This document shows positions 28,397-37,853 of a DNA stretch of 64,000 bases, one piece after another. Source of the stretch: Clostridia bacterium. Its GTDB lineage: Bacteria; Bacillota; Clostridia; TANB77; CAG-508. The translations under genes and the position numbers were made by a program. The DNA is taken from NCBI GenBank assembly GCA_017410505.1, contig JAFQQR010000027.1:31461-95460 (forward strand), read 5' to 3'. Positions within the stretch are counted from its first letter, which is position 1. Each line of letters opens with the position of its first letter. The notes beneath the pieces are model-generated. The model had not been told where the DNA came from. It saw only the letters and a program-made list of their open reading frames with translations, and made no database searches.

Positions 28397-30796
28397 CTAT
28401 TTTACTTTTGTTATATCTTGATAAGAAAAATTAATAACATTGTTAAAATATGCTCTTTCTTGCTCTTCTGTAATATCTGTTTTTTGTCCATTTGCATTCC
28501 AAACCATATGACTATCATATTCATATGTTCCGTCATAAACATTATAAGAACCTCTATCATGTCCTACTACTTTTGATTCTACAAGATTATTATTATTTAA
28601 TTTATAAAATCCATAAATTCCTGTAACAGTATTAGGTCTTGTTTCACTATATACAATTTCTTTTTCATTTTTTTCATAGCGAATTCCTGCATAATTATAT
28701 ATAAGTTTTACTTTAACAACAGTTTTACTCGATTGATTATAAGTATAAATTGCATCTGTTTTCCATTCTTCAGTAACTCCACCTGCTACGCAGTCGATTA
28801 TTAACTCAGGTATTCCATCTTTGTTTATGTCAAAAATACAATAACCCACATTTTGAAGTGTATTACTATTTAATCCTTGTAAATGTTCTTTATAATCATT
28901 TATATATTTTTGTTCTAAAATATATTTTTTATATGCTTTGATTACCTCCGAGTCTGTATCCACAGAAAGACTTCCTACCACGCCATTTTCTGTACCAGTA
29001 TTAACTTGAACATTTGAGTTATTTGAGTTACTTGAGCTACTCGAGTTATTAACAGTAGTACTATTTTGTTGAATATTTTGCTGTGTGTTCGTCGTATCTT
29101 GTTCTTTTTCATCATCTGTCCAATCAACTTCCGATTCAATTTTAAATACTGGATATTTTATTTCCTTTAAATCTACTTTGTACTCTGCTTTAAAAAATAA
29201 AGCATCGACCGAACAATCTAATTTAACTTTCAAATATATTCCTAGTTCAATCTTTGCAGATATACCAGAATCTATATCATTAGTTTCTTTAGTATATTTA
29301 AATTTAGCCGTTGCAAAGTATTCATTATATGCTCCAAATTCTAGCCCTACTCCAGCATGTGCTAAATCTTTATTTATTATACTTATTCCTCCATCTAAAC
29401 CTATTCCTATTTTTATTTCAGCTTTACCTACAACAGAAATTTCTTGTGAAGATGTTGTTTGGCTAGCATTTTGATATGCTTTTTTCTCATTCTTGTTCAT
29501 TACAAAACCTGCATGTTGTACTGTTTCTATTTGTCCTGTATATTTCAAATTTATTTGTAGTGATAATTGCGTTTGAAAATATATATCAAAATAAACATTT
29601 ATTCCTGGAATACCGGTTGGTACTTCAATTGCTCCAATATCTATTGAATTTTCGGAAACATCTGGTACTTCTTTTTGTAATTTTTGTACAATTTCTTGAA
29701 CGGATTTACTATATTCTTCATCACTGATATCTGATATTCCCTTTAAATATTCATTTCCAGATTCTAATTCTACTTCAATTTCAGTTTTTGTTTTTACAGC
29801 CATATCATAGTTCATAGAAAAATCTTTTTCGACATCTACAATATAATCAGTTGAAATTTTATATGATACTTTTATAACTAAATCATGTTGTTTTAGAGAA
29901 TCTAGTCCCAGTTTTTTTTCTCCATCTGCTTTAAATTTTAATTCAATCTCAATTCCTATCTCTTCTCCATCTGTTACTAAAGATATCTTAGGATCTTCTA
30001 CTGCAGCATATACTTCTGTTGCTAAAAATTTATACAGAGCAGATTCTTTTATACTCTTTTCAATTTCTACTTCTGCATTTTCATTTATTTTTAAATTATT
30101 AAAATCAACTTTGCCTTCTTTATATAAGTCCACACTATTATATATTTCCGATAATTCCGGTTTCACAACTGTTGCAATTTCTCCATCTATATTGGATATT
30201 TTATATGCATTATTAATATTATCTCCATCTTTAACCAAAATTACTTGTCCTTCTTTTAAATTTTCATTTTGGATTTTTAATTTTGTTTCATCTTCTATCT
30301 GAATATTTTTATTATCAACAGTAACTACATCATCTGCCATTTTATATTCTGATTTTTGATTTTCCTTAATTTTAAATTCAATCTTTTTAACTTCTTTTAA
30401 AACATCATCTGCAAAATTAGCAGTGTATAACTCTAATTGATATGTTTCACCCTTTGTGTATTTTTTATTTGCCTGTATATATTTCTTTCCATTGTATTCT
30501 ACAATGCTACTTTCAACTGTTTCATTATTGGAATTTGTAAGTTTATATGAATTTAAATCACCACCATCAATTGCGAATTTAATATCAGGTTCAGCCTTAG
30601 GAATATAATATGTTCCATCATCAAAAACAGCATAATATATGGCAGCATTTTGTGCATTATTGGTATTATTTTTACTTTTTAAATAAAAAAATACTCCTGA
30701 AGATGTTCCAATTGCTATAATTATTAAAAATAATATAAAAAATACAATTTTCGTACTTTTCATTTTTGAAATATTTTCTTTTTTCTTATTTTCCAT
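28397..30796 (-). CDS. Large signal-anchored extracytoplasmic protein, hypothetical
   Basis: 799 aa. The N-terminal TM anchor is followed by a long polar domain with an S/N-rich linker. Confidence 0.5.
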   Translation of the reverse strand: MENKKKENISKMKSTKIVFFILFLIIIAIGTSSGVFFYLKSKNNTNNAQNAAIYYAVFDDGTYYIPKAEPDIKFAIDGGDLNSYKLTNSNNETVESSIVEYNGKKYIQANKKYTKGETYQLELYTANFADDVLKEVKKIEFKIKENQKSEYKMADDVVTVDNKNIQIEDETKLKIQNENLKEGQVILVKDGDNINNAYKISNIDGEIATVVKPELSEIYNSVDLYKEGKVDFNNLKINENAEVEIEKSIKESALYKFLATEVYAAVEDPKISLVTDGEEIGIEIELKFKADGEKKLGLDSLKQHDLVIKVSYKISTDYIVDVEKDFSMNYDMAVKTKTEIEVELESGNEYLKGISDISDEEYSKSVQEIVQKLQKEVPDVSENSIDIGAIEVPTGIPGINVYFDIYFQTQLSLQINLKYTGQIETVQHAGFVMNKNEKKAYQNASQTTSSQEISVVGKAEIKIGIGLDGGISIINKDLAHAGVGLEFGAYNEYFATAKFKYTKETNDIDSGISAKIELGIYLKVKLDCSVDALFFKAEYKVDLKEIKYPVFKIESEVDWTDDEKEQDTTNTQQNIQQNSTTVNNSSSSSNSNNSNVQVNTGTENGVVGSLSVDTDSEVIKAYKKYILEQKYINDYKEHLQGLNSNTLQNVGYCIFDINKDGIPELIIDCVAGGVTEEWKTDAIYTYNQSSKTVVKVKLIYNYAGIRYEKNEKEIVYSETRPNTVTGIYGFYKLNNNNLVESKVVGHDRGSYNVYDGTYEYDSHMVWNANGQKTDITEEQERAYFNNVINFSYQDITKVK

Positions 30797-31090
30797 TTTT
30801 AATCTTATTCCTTCCCTGCTTCCGCTACCAATACGCCTATTGAAGTCACAAATCTTTAGTTCACAAAATCACATATAAAATATACATTTTAATTATTAAA
30901 TCTATGAGCAATTATCTCAAAAAAAATTTTATTCTTCGACATTTTCTCTTAAAATTTTCATTTTCAATTATTATATCAAAAAAAATTTTAAATGTATATA
31001 TTTAAAAAATTTATTTATAATTAATTACAACCTTATTATTTATTGCTATTACTATATTTCTTCAATTCCTGTAACTACTGAACGCTCTAA

Positions 31091-31880
31091 GACTGCGTAG
31101 TAGCTATGGCTGAACATATCGCAGGTTCAGAAGAAGCATTTGTTCAAATGATGAATGACAAAGCAAAAGAATTAGGTATGAATGACACGACATTTAAAAA
31201 TTGTCATGGCATCGACGAAGATGGTCATATTACATCTAGCTATGATATTGCTTTAATGTCTCGAGAACTTTTATCAAAACACCCTGATATTACAAAATAC
31301 ACAACAATATGGATGGATAGTTTAAGAGATGGCAAATCACAATTGGTTAATACTAATAAATTAATTAGAACATATAAAGGAATTACAGGATTAAAAACAG
31401 GATCAACTTCACTTGCATTATATAATTTATCAGCAAGTGCCACACGAAATGATTTATCTTTAATTGCAGTAATTATGAAAGCACCCTCTACTAAAGTAAG
31501 ATTTGAAGAAGCACAAAAATTACTCGATTATGGATTTAATAAATTCTCTTTTAAAAGTTTCGGAAATAAAGATGATGTGATTCAAACAGTTTCTGTAAAT
31601 AAAGGTGTAAAAAACAGTGTTGATATCATTTTAGAAGAAAATAGCGGTACTTTAATTGAAAAAGGTAAAGAAAGTCAAATTTCTCAATCTATTGAAATAA
31701 ATGACAATATTGAAGCACCTATAAAAAAAGGTGACAAACTTCGGTCAAGTAACTTTTTATTTAGATAACAGGGAGATTGCAAGCAGCAATTTAGTTGCCT
31801 CTAGTGATATTGATAAAATTAATTTATTTACTATGTCCAAAAGAGTTGTTTATAGTTGGATTGATTTATTACGAAGTTAG
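31091..31880 (+). pseudogene. dacF: D-alanyl-D-alanine carboxypeptidase, 3' portion (continuation of 17605-18063) with an extra +1 frameshift near 31742
   Basis: DCVVAMAEHIAGSEEAFVQMMNDKAKELGMNDTTFKNCHG..LKTGST continues the PBP5 fold. The frame 31106-31768 ends ..KKGDKLRSSNFLFR*. The +1 frame continues GQVTFYLDNREIASSNLVASSDIDKINLFTMSKRVVYSWIDLLRS*, which is the conserved PBP5 C-terminus, ending at 31880. Confidence 0.75.
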
Positions 31881-31910
31881 GATTTGGGGACGTATTAAAA
31901 ATCCCCAAAT
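31877..31910. terminator. Bidirectional terminator hairpin (ATTTGGGGA...TCCCCAAAT) between dac and the helicase gene
   Basis: The 9-bp perfect stem is flanked by T/A runs. Confidence 0.5.
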
Positions 31911-31916
31911 TCTAAT

Positions 31917-33638
31917 TTATTTTTGTTTCAATCTCAAATATCCCTGCTCTTCCCAACTATTATAAGCTAAGTTTAGCTTAAACAACAATTTAGGTTTAGC
32001 TCCCGCTCTATTTTTATCAACAACACAAGCATAATATCTAACATCAGGGTTACTAGATTTTTCTAAATCAAAAAACTTAGTATCAACTTCATTTAATGAA
32101 AATTCATAATCATCGTAGTTATCCCTACTTATTTGTTTCATTAAACATAATGTATCTAAAACTTCTTTTACTGTTCTACTAACAGCTAAATCGTTTACAT
32201 TTAAATTAATTGGTGATGTCGTGCTTTCTGCTAACTGTAATGTTGAACATATATATATGTTGAAATTTTGTGCTAGGTTTGAAAGTATTGTGGCTGTTTT
32301 CTTTATTTCTTCTGTATTTCCTATGTTTGCTGTGTCTGTTTTTAATGTATCGTAGAATACATATTCTATTTGTTCTTTGTAGTAATAATTTATTATGACT
32401 TTTTTTAGTTCATCATTCGTATGGTCTGTAATATTAATAAAATATATTGAATTCTTTATTTGTTTACTTGCCCATTCAATTGCTTTAATCACTTTATTGT
32501 ATTCTGATGAGTTTTCTGAAATTCTTTTTACAAATTGTCTTTGTGTTTCTCCTTCTTCTTTTAGGATATATCCTTCTTCATCTAGTTTTACACTTTTTTT
32601 GTTATCTGGTTTAAATTTAAATTCTAATAATTCCCCTTCTGATATTTTTACTTTTTGTCCATGTATTTTTTGTATTTCTGGATTATTAAGAATTGTTGTT
32701 ATCAAACATAATTTCATTTTTTCTTCTGACATTTCGTTTGATATTATTAATACCTTCTTTTTATGTACTAGTGCTGTATATGCCGCAATATCTATTGTAA
32801 GTCTACTTTTCCCTGAATTTGATGGCATTGCTATTGCTGTTGTTTCTCCTTTTCTTATTCCTTTAAATACTTCTGTTAATATTGGAAATGGATATTCTAA
32901 TCCATTCGCTAATTCGTTATCTCCACTTTCTAAGAATTCTACAAGATTACTGCTTAATACTGCTTGTTTGAATTTTTGAGTTACTTTTACTTGTTCTATT
33001 GTGCTTTCAACTTCTTCTGTAGACATTTTGTCATATAGTTCATAATTTGTTATTTCAACAATTTTTTCTTGTATATTTTCTTCTGGTGTTTCTAAATATG
33101 CTTTTCTTAGTATAAATAATTTCCTTAATTCACTATAAATTTTTTCTATTTTATAACCTTTGTCTCTTACATCTTTTCTTAGTTTATTTTTTAAATCATA
33201 TACTTTTTCTGAATCTTTTGAAAAGTTAAATTTATTTTTAGCTGGTTCTGATGAATATTTTGATCCTTCATTGTATAATACACTTTTATATATATTTAGC
33301 ATTTCATCATCTTCAAACATACAAATATCAAATAAGAAATAATATTTTGCTATTAATTTTGGATTTTCTAATAACATTCCTATAAAAATATGTTCTAATT
33401 CTATATTACTTAATTGTTTTGGATATGCGCCATCTGCTTCATCTTCTAATTCCATTTCTATATATTCTTCATCTTCATCTTGTTCCTTTTCTTTTGCTTT
33501 TAATTCTCTCATTTTTTTTAGAGCTTCCATATAATTTTCTGTTGCTAATAAATGCTTAATTTCATTTATATATTTTTCGTTCTTTCTTGTTACTTTAATA
33601 CTATTTAATAAATCATATATATTATCCATACTATCCAT
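31917..33638 (-). CDS. DnaB-family replicative helicase-like protein, divergent
   Basis: DnaB N-domain-like IFIGMLLENPKLI...IYKSVL. RecA-fold Walker A AMPSNSGKSRLT. 573 aa, with an acidic insert. Confidence 0.65.
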   Translation of the reverse strand: MDSMDNIYDLLNSIKVTRKNEKYINEIKHLLATENYMEALKKMRELKAKEKEQDEDEEYIEMELEDEADGAYPKQLSNIELEHIFIGMLLENPKLIAKYYFLFDICMFEDDEMLNIYKSVLYNEGSKYSSEPAKNKFNFSKDSEKVYDLKNKLRKDVRDKGYKIEKIYSELRKLFILRKAYLETPEENIQEKIVEITNYELYDKMSTEEVESTIEQVKVTQKFKQAVLSSNLVEFLESGDNELANGLEYPFPILTEVFKGIRKGETTAIAMPSNSGKSRLTIDIAAYTALVHKKKVLIISNEMSEEKMKLCLITTILNNPEIQKIHGQKVKISEGELLEFKFKPDNKKSVKLDEEGYILKEEGETQRQFVKRISENSSEYNKVIKAIEWASKQIKNSIYFINITDHTNDELKKVIINYYYKEQIEYVFYDTLKTDTANIGNTEEIKKTATILSNLAQNFNIYICSTLQLAESTTSPINLNVNDLAVSRTVKEVLDTLCLMKQISRDNYDDYEFSLNEVDTKFFDLEKSSNPDVRYYACVVDKNRAGAKPKLLFKLNLAYNSWEEQGYLRLKQK

Positions 33639-33744
33639 TTATTTTCTATCTCCTTTGTTTTTTTCTCATTATATCATAACGTTTTTAAAAATAAAATATT
33701 TTTATTTTATTAAGTACTAAAAATTGTGTTTTTTAATTTTTCTC

Positions 33745-33780
33745 ATAAAAAATCCTACTTGAATTCAAGTAGGATTTTTT
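33745..33780. terminator. Perfect palindromic terminator AAAAAATCCTACTTGAATTCAAGTAGGATTTTTT
   Basis: Read from the sequence. It lies immediately 3' of the minus gene 33784-34422. Confidence 0.6.
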
Positions 33781-33783
33781 ACA

Positions 33784-34422
33784 TTATTCTTTTATTTCAA
33801 ACATTTTAAGTAACTCTTCATAATAACATTCATTAGTAATGGCTGTATCATTTTTTGGTTTAATACTTATTTTCACCTTTTCATTTTCCAATTCTTCTAT
33901 TGTAATACTATCTATGATACTCTGTAAAATAAATTTTTTTTCTTTTTGGTTTATCAAAGATAATATTTCTTCTTTCGGAAAAGCTATTGAAGATATTAAT
34001 TTTCCTTCTCCTAATAGTATGTCTGCCTTTAATTCTTTTTCTCCACAGTTTTTAAATATTATTTGTTTTATTTGATTAGATAAAATTTTATCTTGGATAG
34101 TTTCGTTTTTTATTGTAAGATAATTTTTCAAATTTTCTTCTTTTGTAGTTTTCTTCATTTTGTCTATTTTTATTTTGAATATTTGTTTATCTAATCTTGT
34201 TATTAATATGGAACTGTAAAAAATTAATATTGCAAAAATTGATACGCTACCTACATATACTATAAAAAATGCTATCTCACTTCTAGTATTATTGTAGCCC
34301 CACAATGTTACTATAACGACATTAATAAGAAGCATCAAAACTTCTATATCCTGTATTTTTTGTAGAATTCTTTTTTTCTTTTTTAGTTGTTCTACATCAA
34401 CTTTCCGTCTGCTTTCTTTCAT
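33784..34422 (-). CDS. Hypothetical membrane protein with 2 TM segments
   Basis: 212 aa. Two hydrophobic helices follow a basic N-terminus. Confidence 0.45.
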   Translation of the reverse strand: MKESRRKVDVEQLKKKKRILQKIQDIEVLMLLINVVIVTLWGYNNTRSEIAFFIVYVGSVSIFAILIFYSSILITRLDKQIFKIKIDKMKKTTKEENLKNYLTIKNETIQDKILSNQIKQIIFKNCGEKELKADILLGEGKLISSIAFPKEEILSLINQKEKKFILQSIIDSITIEELENEKVKISIKPKNDTAITNECYYEELLKMFEIKE

Positions 34423-34541
34423 GATTTTTTCCTCCTCAAAATACTTATTTTATTTGATTGCCTGTTACTTATATAACTCCTCATGCTGCAAAACCGGAGT
34501 TTTTTCAAAAAACTTATGTTAATATAATATCATTTTTTTGT

Positions 34542-37220
34542 TTATTTTTCAAGTCTTTCCATTACTTTTTGAAGCATTTCTCTATATTTTTCTAATTTAT
34601 CTTTTTCCTCTTGAATTTTCTTTTCAGGTGCTTTGTTTACAAATCCTGGATTTGAAAGCATTTTTTCACATCTTGCAACTTCAGCTTCTAATTTAGTTTT
34701 TTCTTCTTCTAGTCTTTTTCTTTCTTCTTCCATATCAACTAAATCTTCAAGCGGCATATATAGTTCAATTCCATCTTGCATTATAGCTATGCTGTTTTCT
34801 GCTATTCCTGTTTTATCTTTTTGAACTCTTATTGATGTTCCAAATCCTAGTTTTAATAAGAATTCTTGTGCTTCTAAAATTTCTTTTTCATATTTTTCAG
34901 TTACAAATATTAATTCTGATTTTTTAGATGGATGTATATTCATATTTGCTCTTATATTTCTTATTTCAACTATTATTTGTTTTATTTTTTCAACTGTTTG
35001 TTCTTCTATTTCAAATACAAATTCTTTTCTTATTCTTGGCCATTTTGAAACCATTAAATCTTCATCTTTATATTTTACTAATTTATCAAAAATTTCAGAT
35101 GTTACAAATGGCATAAATGGATGTAATAATTTTAACGATGTTTCAAATACATGGTTTAATATGTCACTTACTGCTATTTTTGTTTCTTCATTTTCACTAT
35201 ATATTCTTGATTTTACCATTTCTATATACCAATCACAGAATTCATTCCAAATAAATCCGTATATTTTATCAATAGCAATTCCTAAATCATAGTTTTCTAT
35301 ATTTTTTGTTACATCTGCTACTAATTTGTCTAATTTATTTAAAATCCATTTATCTTCCAATGTTAGATATTCTGGGTTGTATGAATGTGTTTCATGGTTA
35401 TATACTTTATGACAGAATTCTTTTACTTTTTCTTCATCTGGTGTATTCATTATTATGAATTTAGCTGCATTCCAAATTTTATTTGCAAAGTTTGATGCTT
35501 GGTCTAGTTTTTCTGGCATGTATCTTATATCATTTCCCATTGTTGTTCCTGATAATACAGAAAATCTTAATGCATCTGCTCCATATTGGTCGATTATTTC
35601 TATTGGGTCAATTCCATTTCCTAATGATTTTGACATTTTTCTTCCTTGTGAGTCTCTTACTATTCCATGTACTACGACATCTTTAAATGGATTTTGATTT
35701 GTTAATTCTAATCCTTGTGTCATCATTCTTGAAATCCAGAATGTTATAATATCATATCCTGTAACTAATGCGTTTGTTGGATAGAATGTTTTATAATCTT
35801 CATTTTCTTCGTTTGGCCAACCAAGTGTTGAGAATGGCCATAATGCTGAACTGAACCATGTATCTAATGAATCTTCATCTTGGTGTAATTTATTAGAACC
35901 ACATTTTTCACATTTTTCTGGCATCTGTTTTGCTGCATGCATATGTCCACATTCATCACAATAGTAAATTGGAATTCTGTGTCCCCACCATAATTGTCTT
36001 GATATACACCAATCTTGAATATTATCTAACCAGTTGAAGTACATTTTTTCATATCTTTTTGGTACAAATTTTACTTCATCGTTTCTAACTGAGTCTGCTG
36101 CTCTTTTTGCTAAATCTTTCATACTTACAAACCATTGCTCAGAAATTCTTGGTTCTATTGTATTATGACATCTATAGCATTTTCCAACATTATGAGTATA
36201 GTCCTCTGTTTTTACTAATGCTCCTATTTCTTCTAGTTTTTTAACTATTTCTTTTCTTGCATCTATTGATTTCATTCCTTTATATTCTGGAACTAAATCT
36301 CCCATTATTGAACTGTCATTAAATACTTCTATAATTTCTAAATTGTTTCTTAATCCAGCTTGATAATCATTTGGGTCATGTGCTGGTGTAATTTTTACAC
36401 ATCCTGTTCCAAATTCTTTTTCTACAAAGTCATCTGCAATTATTGGAATTTCTTTATTCATAATTGGAAGTATACATTTTTTTCCTATTATATCTTTATA
36501 TCTTTCATCATCTGGATGTACTGCAACAGCTGTATCTCCAAGCATTGTTTCTGGTCTTGTTGTTGCAACAATTATATATTTATCTGTATCTTTTATTTGA
36601 TATCTTATATGCCATAAATGTGAAGCTTCATCTTCATACTCAACTTCTGCATCTGATATTGTTGTGTGACATGATGGACACCAGTTTATCATTTTTTTAC
36701 CTTTATAAATTAGATCTTTATTATATAAACTAATAAATTGTTCTAATACTGCTTCAGATAAACCTTCATCCATAGTAAATCTATTTCTTTCCCAATCACA
36801 AGAACATCCAAGTCTTCTTTGTTGTTTTTGAATAGTTCCACCATATTCCTTAGTCCAAGCCCAAGCTCTATCTAAAAACTCTTCTCTTGTAATATCAGCT
36901 TTTGTTAAGCCTTCTTCCTTTTTCATCTTTTCAACAACTTTTACTTCTGTTGCAATAGCAGCATGGTCTGAACCTGGAAGCCATAAAGTATTATAACCTT
37001 GCATTCTTTTAAATCTTATTAAAATATCTTGTATTGTACCATCTAAAGCATGTCCCATGTGTAATTTACCTGTTACATTTGGTGGTGGCATCATTATACA
37101 ATAACTTTCTTTTGTTTTGTCCATACTTGGTTTAAAGTATCCTTTTTCTTCCCAGTCTTGATATAGCTTTTCTTCAAAATCCTTTGGGTTGTATTTGTCA
37201 TTTAATATTTTATCTTTCAT
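34542..37220 (-). CDS. valS: Valine--tRNA ligase
   Basis: HIGH (PNVTGKLHMGHAL), KMSKS (KMSKSLGN), the editing domain and the C-terminal coiled coil are all present. The true start MKDKILNDKYNPKDFEEKLYQDWEEKGYF has a GAGGAGG RBS. Confidence 0.95.
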   Translation of the reverse strand: MKDKILNDKYNPKDFEEKLYQDWEEKGYFKPSMDKTKESYCIMMPPPNVTGKLHMGHALDGTIQDILIRFKRMQGYNTLWLPGSDHAAIATEVKVVEKMKKEEGLTKADITREEFLDRAWAWTKEYGGTIQKQQRRLGCSCDWERNRFTMDEGLSEAVLEQFISLYNKDLIYKGKKMINWCPSCHTTISDAEVEYEDEASHLWHIRYQIKDTDKYIIVATTRPETMLGDTAVAVHPDDERYKDIIGKKCILPIMNKEIPIIADDFVEKEFGTGCVKITPAHDPNDYQAGLRNNLEIIEVFNDSSIMGDLVPEYKGMKSIDARKEIVKKLEEIGALVKTEDYTHNVGKCYRCHNTIEPRISEQWFVSMKDLAKRAADSVRNDEVKFVPKRYEKMYFNWLDNIQDWCISRQLWWGHRIPIYYCDECGHMHAAKQMPEKCEKCGSNKLHQDEDSLDTWFSSALWPFSTLGWPNEENEDYKTFYPTNALVTGYDIITFWISRMMTQGLELTNQNPFKDVVVHGIVRDSQGRKMSKSLGNGIDPIEIIDQYGADALRFSVLSGTTMGNDIRYMPEKLDQASNFANKIWNAAKFIIMNTPDEEKVKEFCHKVYNHETHSYNPEYLTLEDKWILNKLDKLVADVTKNIENYDLGIAIDKIYGFIWNEFCDWYIEMVKSRIYSENEETKIAVSDILNHVFETSLKLLHPFMPFVTSEIFDKLVKYKDEDLMVSKWPRIRKEFVFEIEEQTVEKIKQIIVEIRNIRANMNIHPSKKSELIFVTEKYEKEILEAQEFLLKLGFGTSIRVQKDKTGIAENSIAIMQDGIELYMPLEDLVDMEEERKRLEEEKTKLEAEVARCEKMLSNPGFVNKAPEKKIQEEKDKLEKYREMLQKVMERLEK

Positions 37221-37237
37221 AATCTTTATCCTCCTCT

Positions 37238-37519
37238 TGTCCATTTGGGACGTTTCTTTTTGGACAAAAATGTCCATTTGGGCCAGATGTTGTGTCCTTT
37301 TGAATACCATATTTTCCTTTTTGTTCTTTTGTTAATTCTTCTCGTTTACTTAATTCATAATTTAATAATTCATCTTCTAGTCTTTCTCTTAATGTCATAA
37401 ATCGTAGTGCTTCTTTAAATAAATTTTTCATTTATACCTCCTTTGTCCATCTTGTCCGTCTGGGATGTTTCTGTTCTTTTGGGTACGTATCTATTTGGGA
37501 CATGTCCCAGAATGGACAT
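37238..37519. repeat. MITE-like element with terminal inverted repeats of the TGTCCAWWTGGGACGTTTC family, inserted between the valS T-box terminator and the valS RBS
   Basis: The left end TGTCCATTTGGGACGTTTCTTTTTGGACAAAAATGTCCATTTGG closely matches the uvrA-copy TIR. The right end carries the inverted copies GGGACATGTCCCAGAATGGACAT. Confidence 0.5.
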
Positions 37520-37524
37520 AAAAA

Positions 37525-37790
37525 TAAAATAGCCCACCCTTATTGTAAAATAAGGGCGAGCTTTTATCTCACGGTACCACCTTAATTATTATCTATTGCT
37601 ATTATTTAGATAACATCTCATTTAGCTTTAACGCAGCTTTACGGATAATCTTAAGTTTATTTTCGGATTATCAACTCCAAAGTTACTTTCCATTTATCCT
37701 AATTTCAGAAGTTTACAGCCTATGACTTCTGTTCTCTTTAAATTGGTGCTTAAATGTACTTTTCTTTTTCTTTGTTTTTATTTTATTATG
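37525..37790 (-). ncRNA. T-box riboswitch leader (valine specifier GUA) for valS
   Basis: On the minus strand: a Stem I AGAGA motif, the specifier GGCUGUAAAC, and the T-box sequence AATTAAGGTGGTACCGTGAG. The terminator hairpin GCCCTTATTTTACAATAAGGGTGGGC is followed by a U tract. Confidence 0.7.
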
Positions 37791-37853
37791 GCAATATTAT
37801 ATAACTTTTTATTCTGTTTGTCTAGTAAAATTTTGATTTTTAAACCAACAAAA

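Larger units (their letters stand above)
18058..31105. mobile_element. ~13-kb integrated element inside the dac gene, with serine-recombinase att sites; an intervening-element-like / skin-like insertion
   Basis: The two halves of one dac ORF lie at its ends. Both junctions carry the imperfect repeat GAYTGY: GATTGT at 18055 and GACTGC at 31091. Two large serine recombinases sit at the left end. The cargo is defense/nuclease-like, all on the minus strand. Confidence 0.65.
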
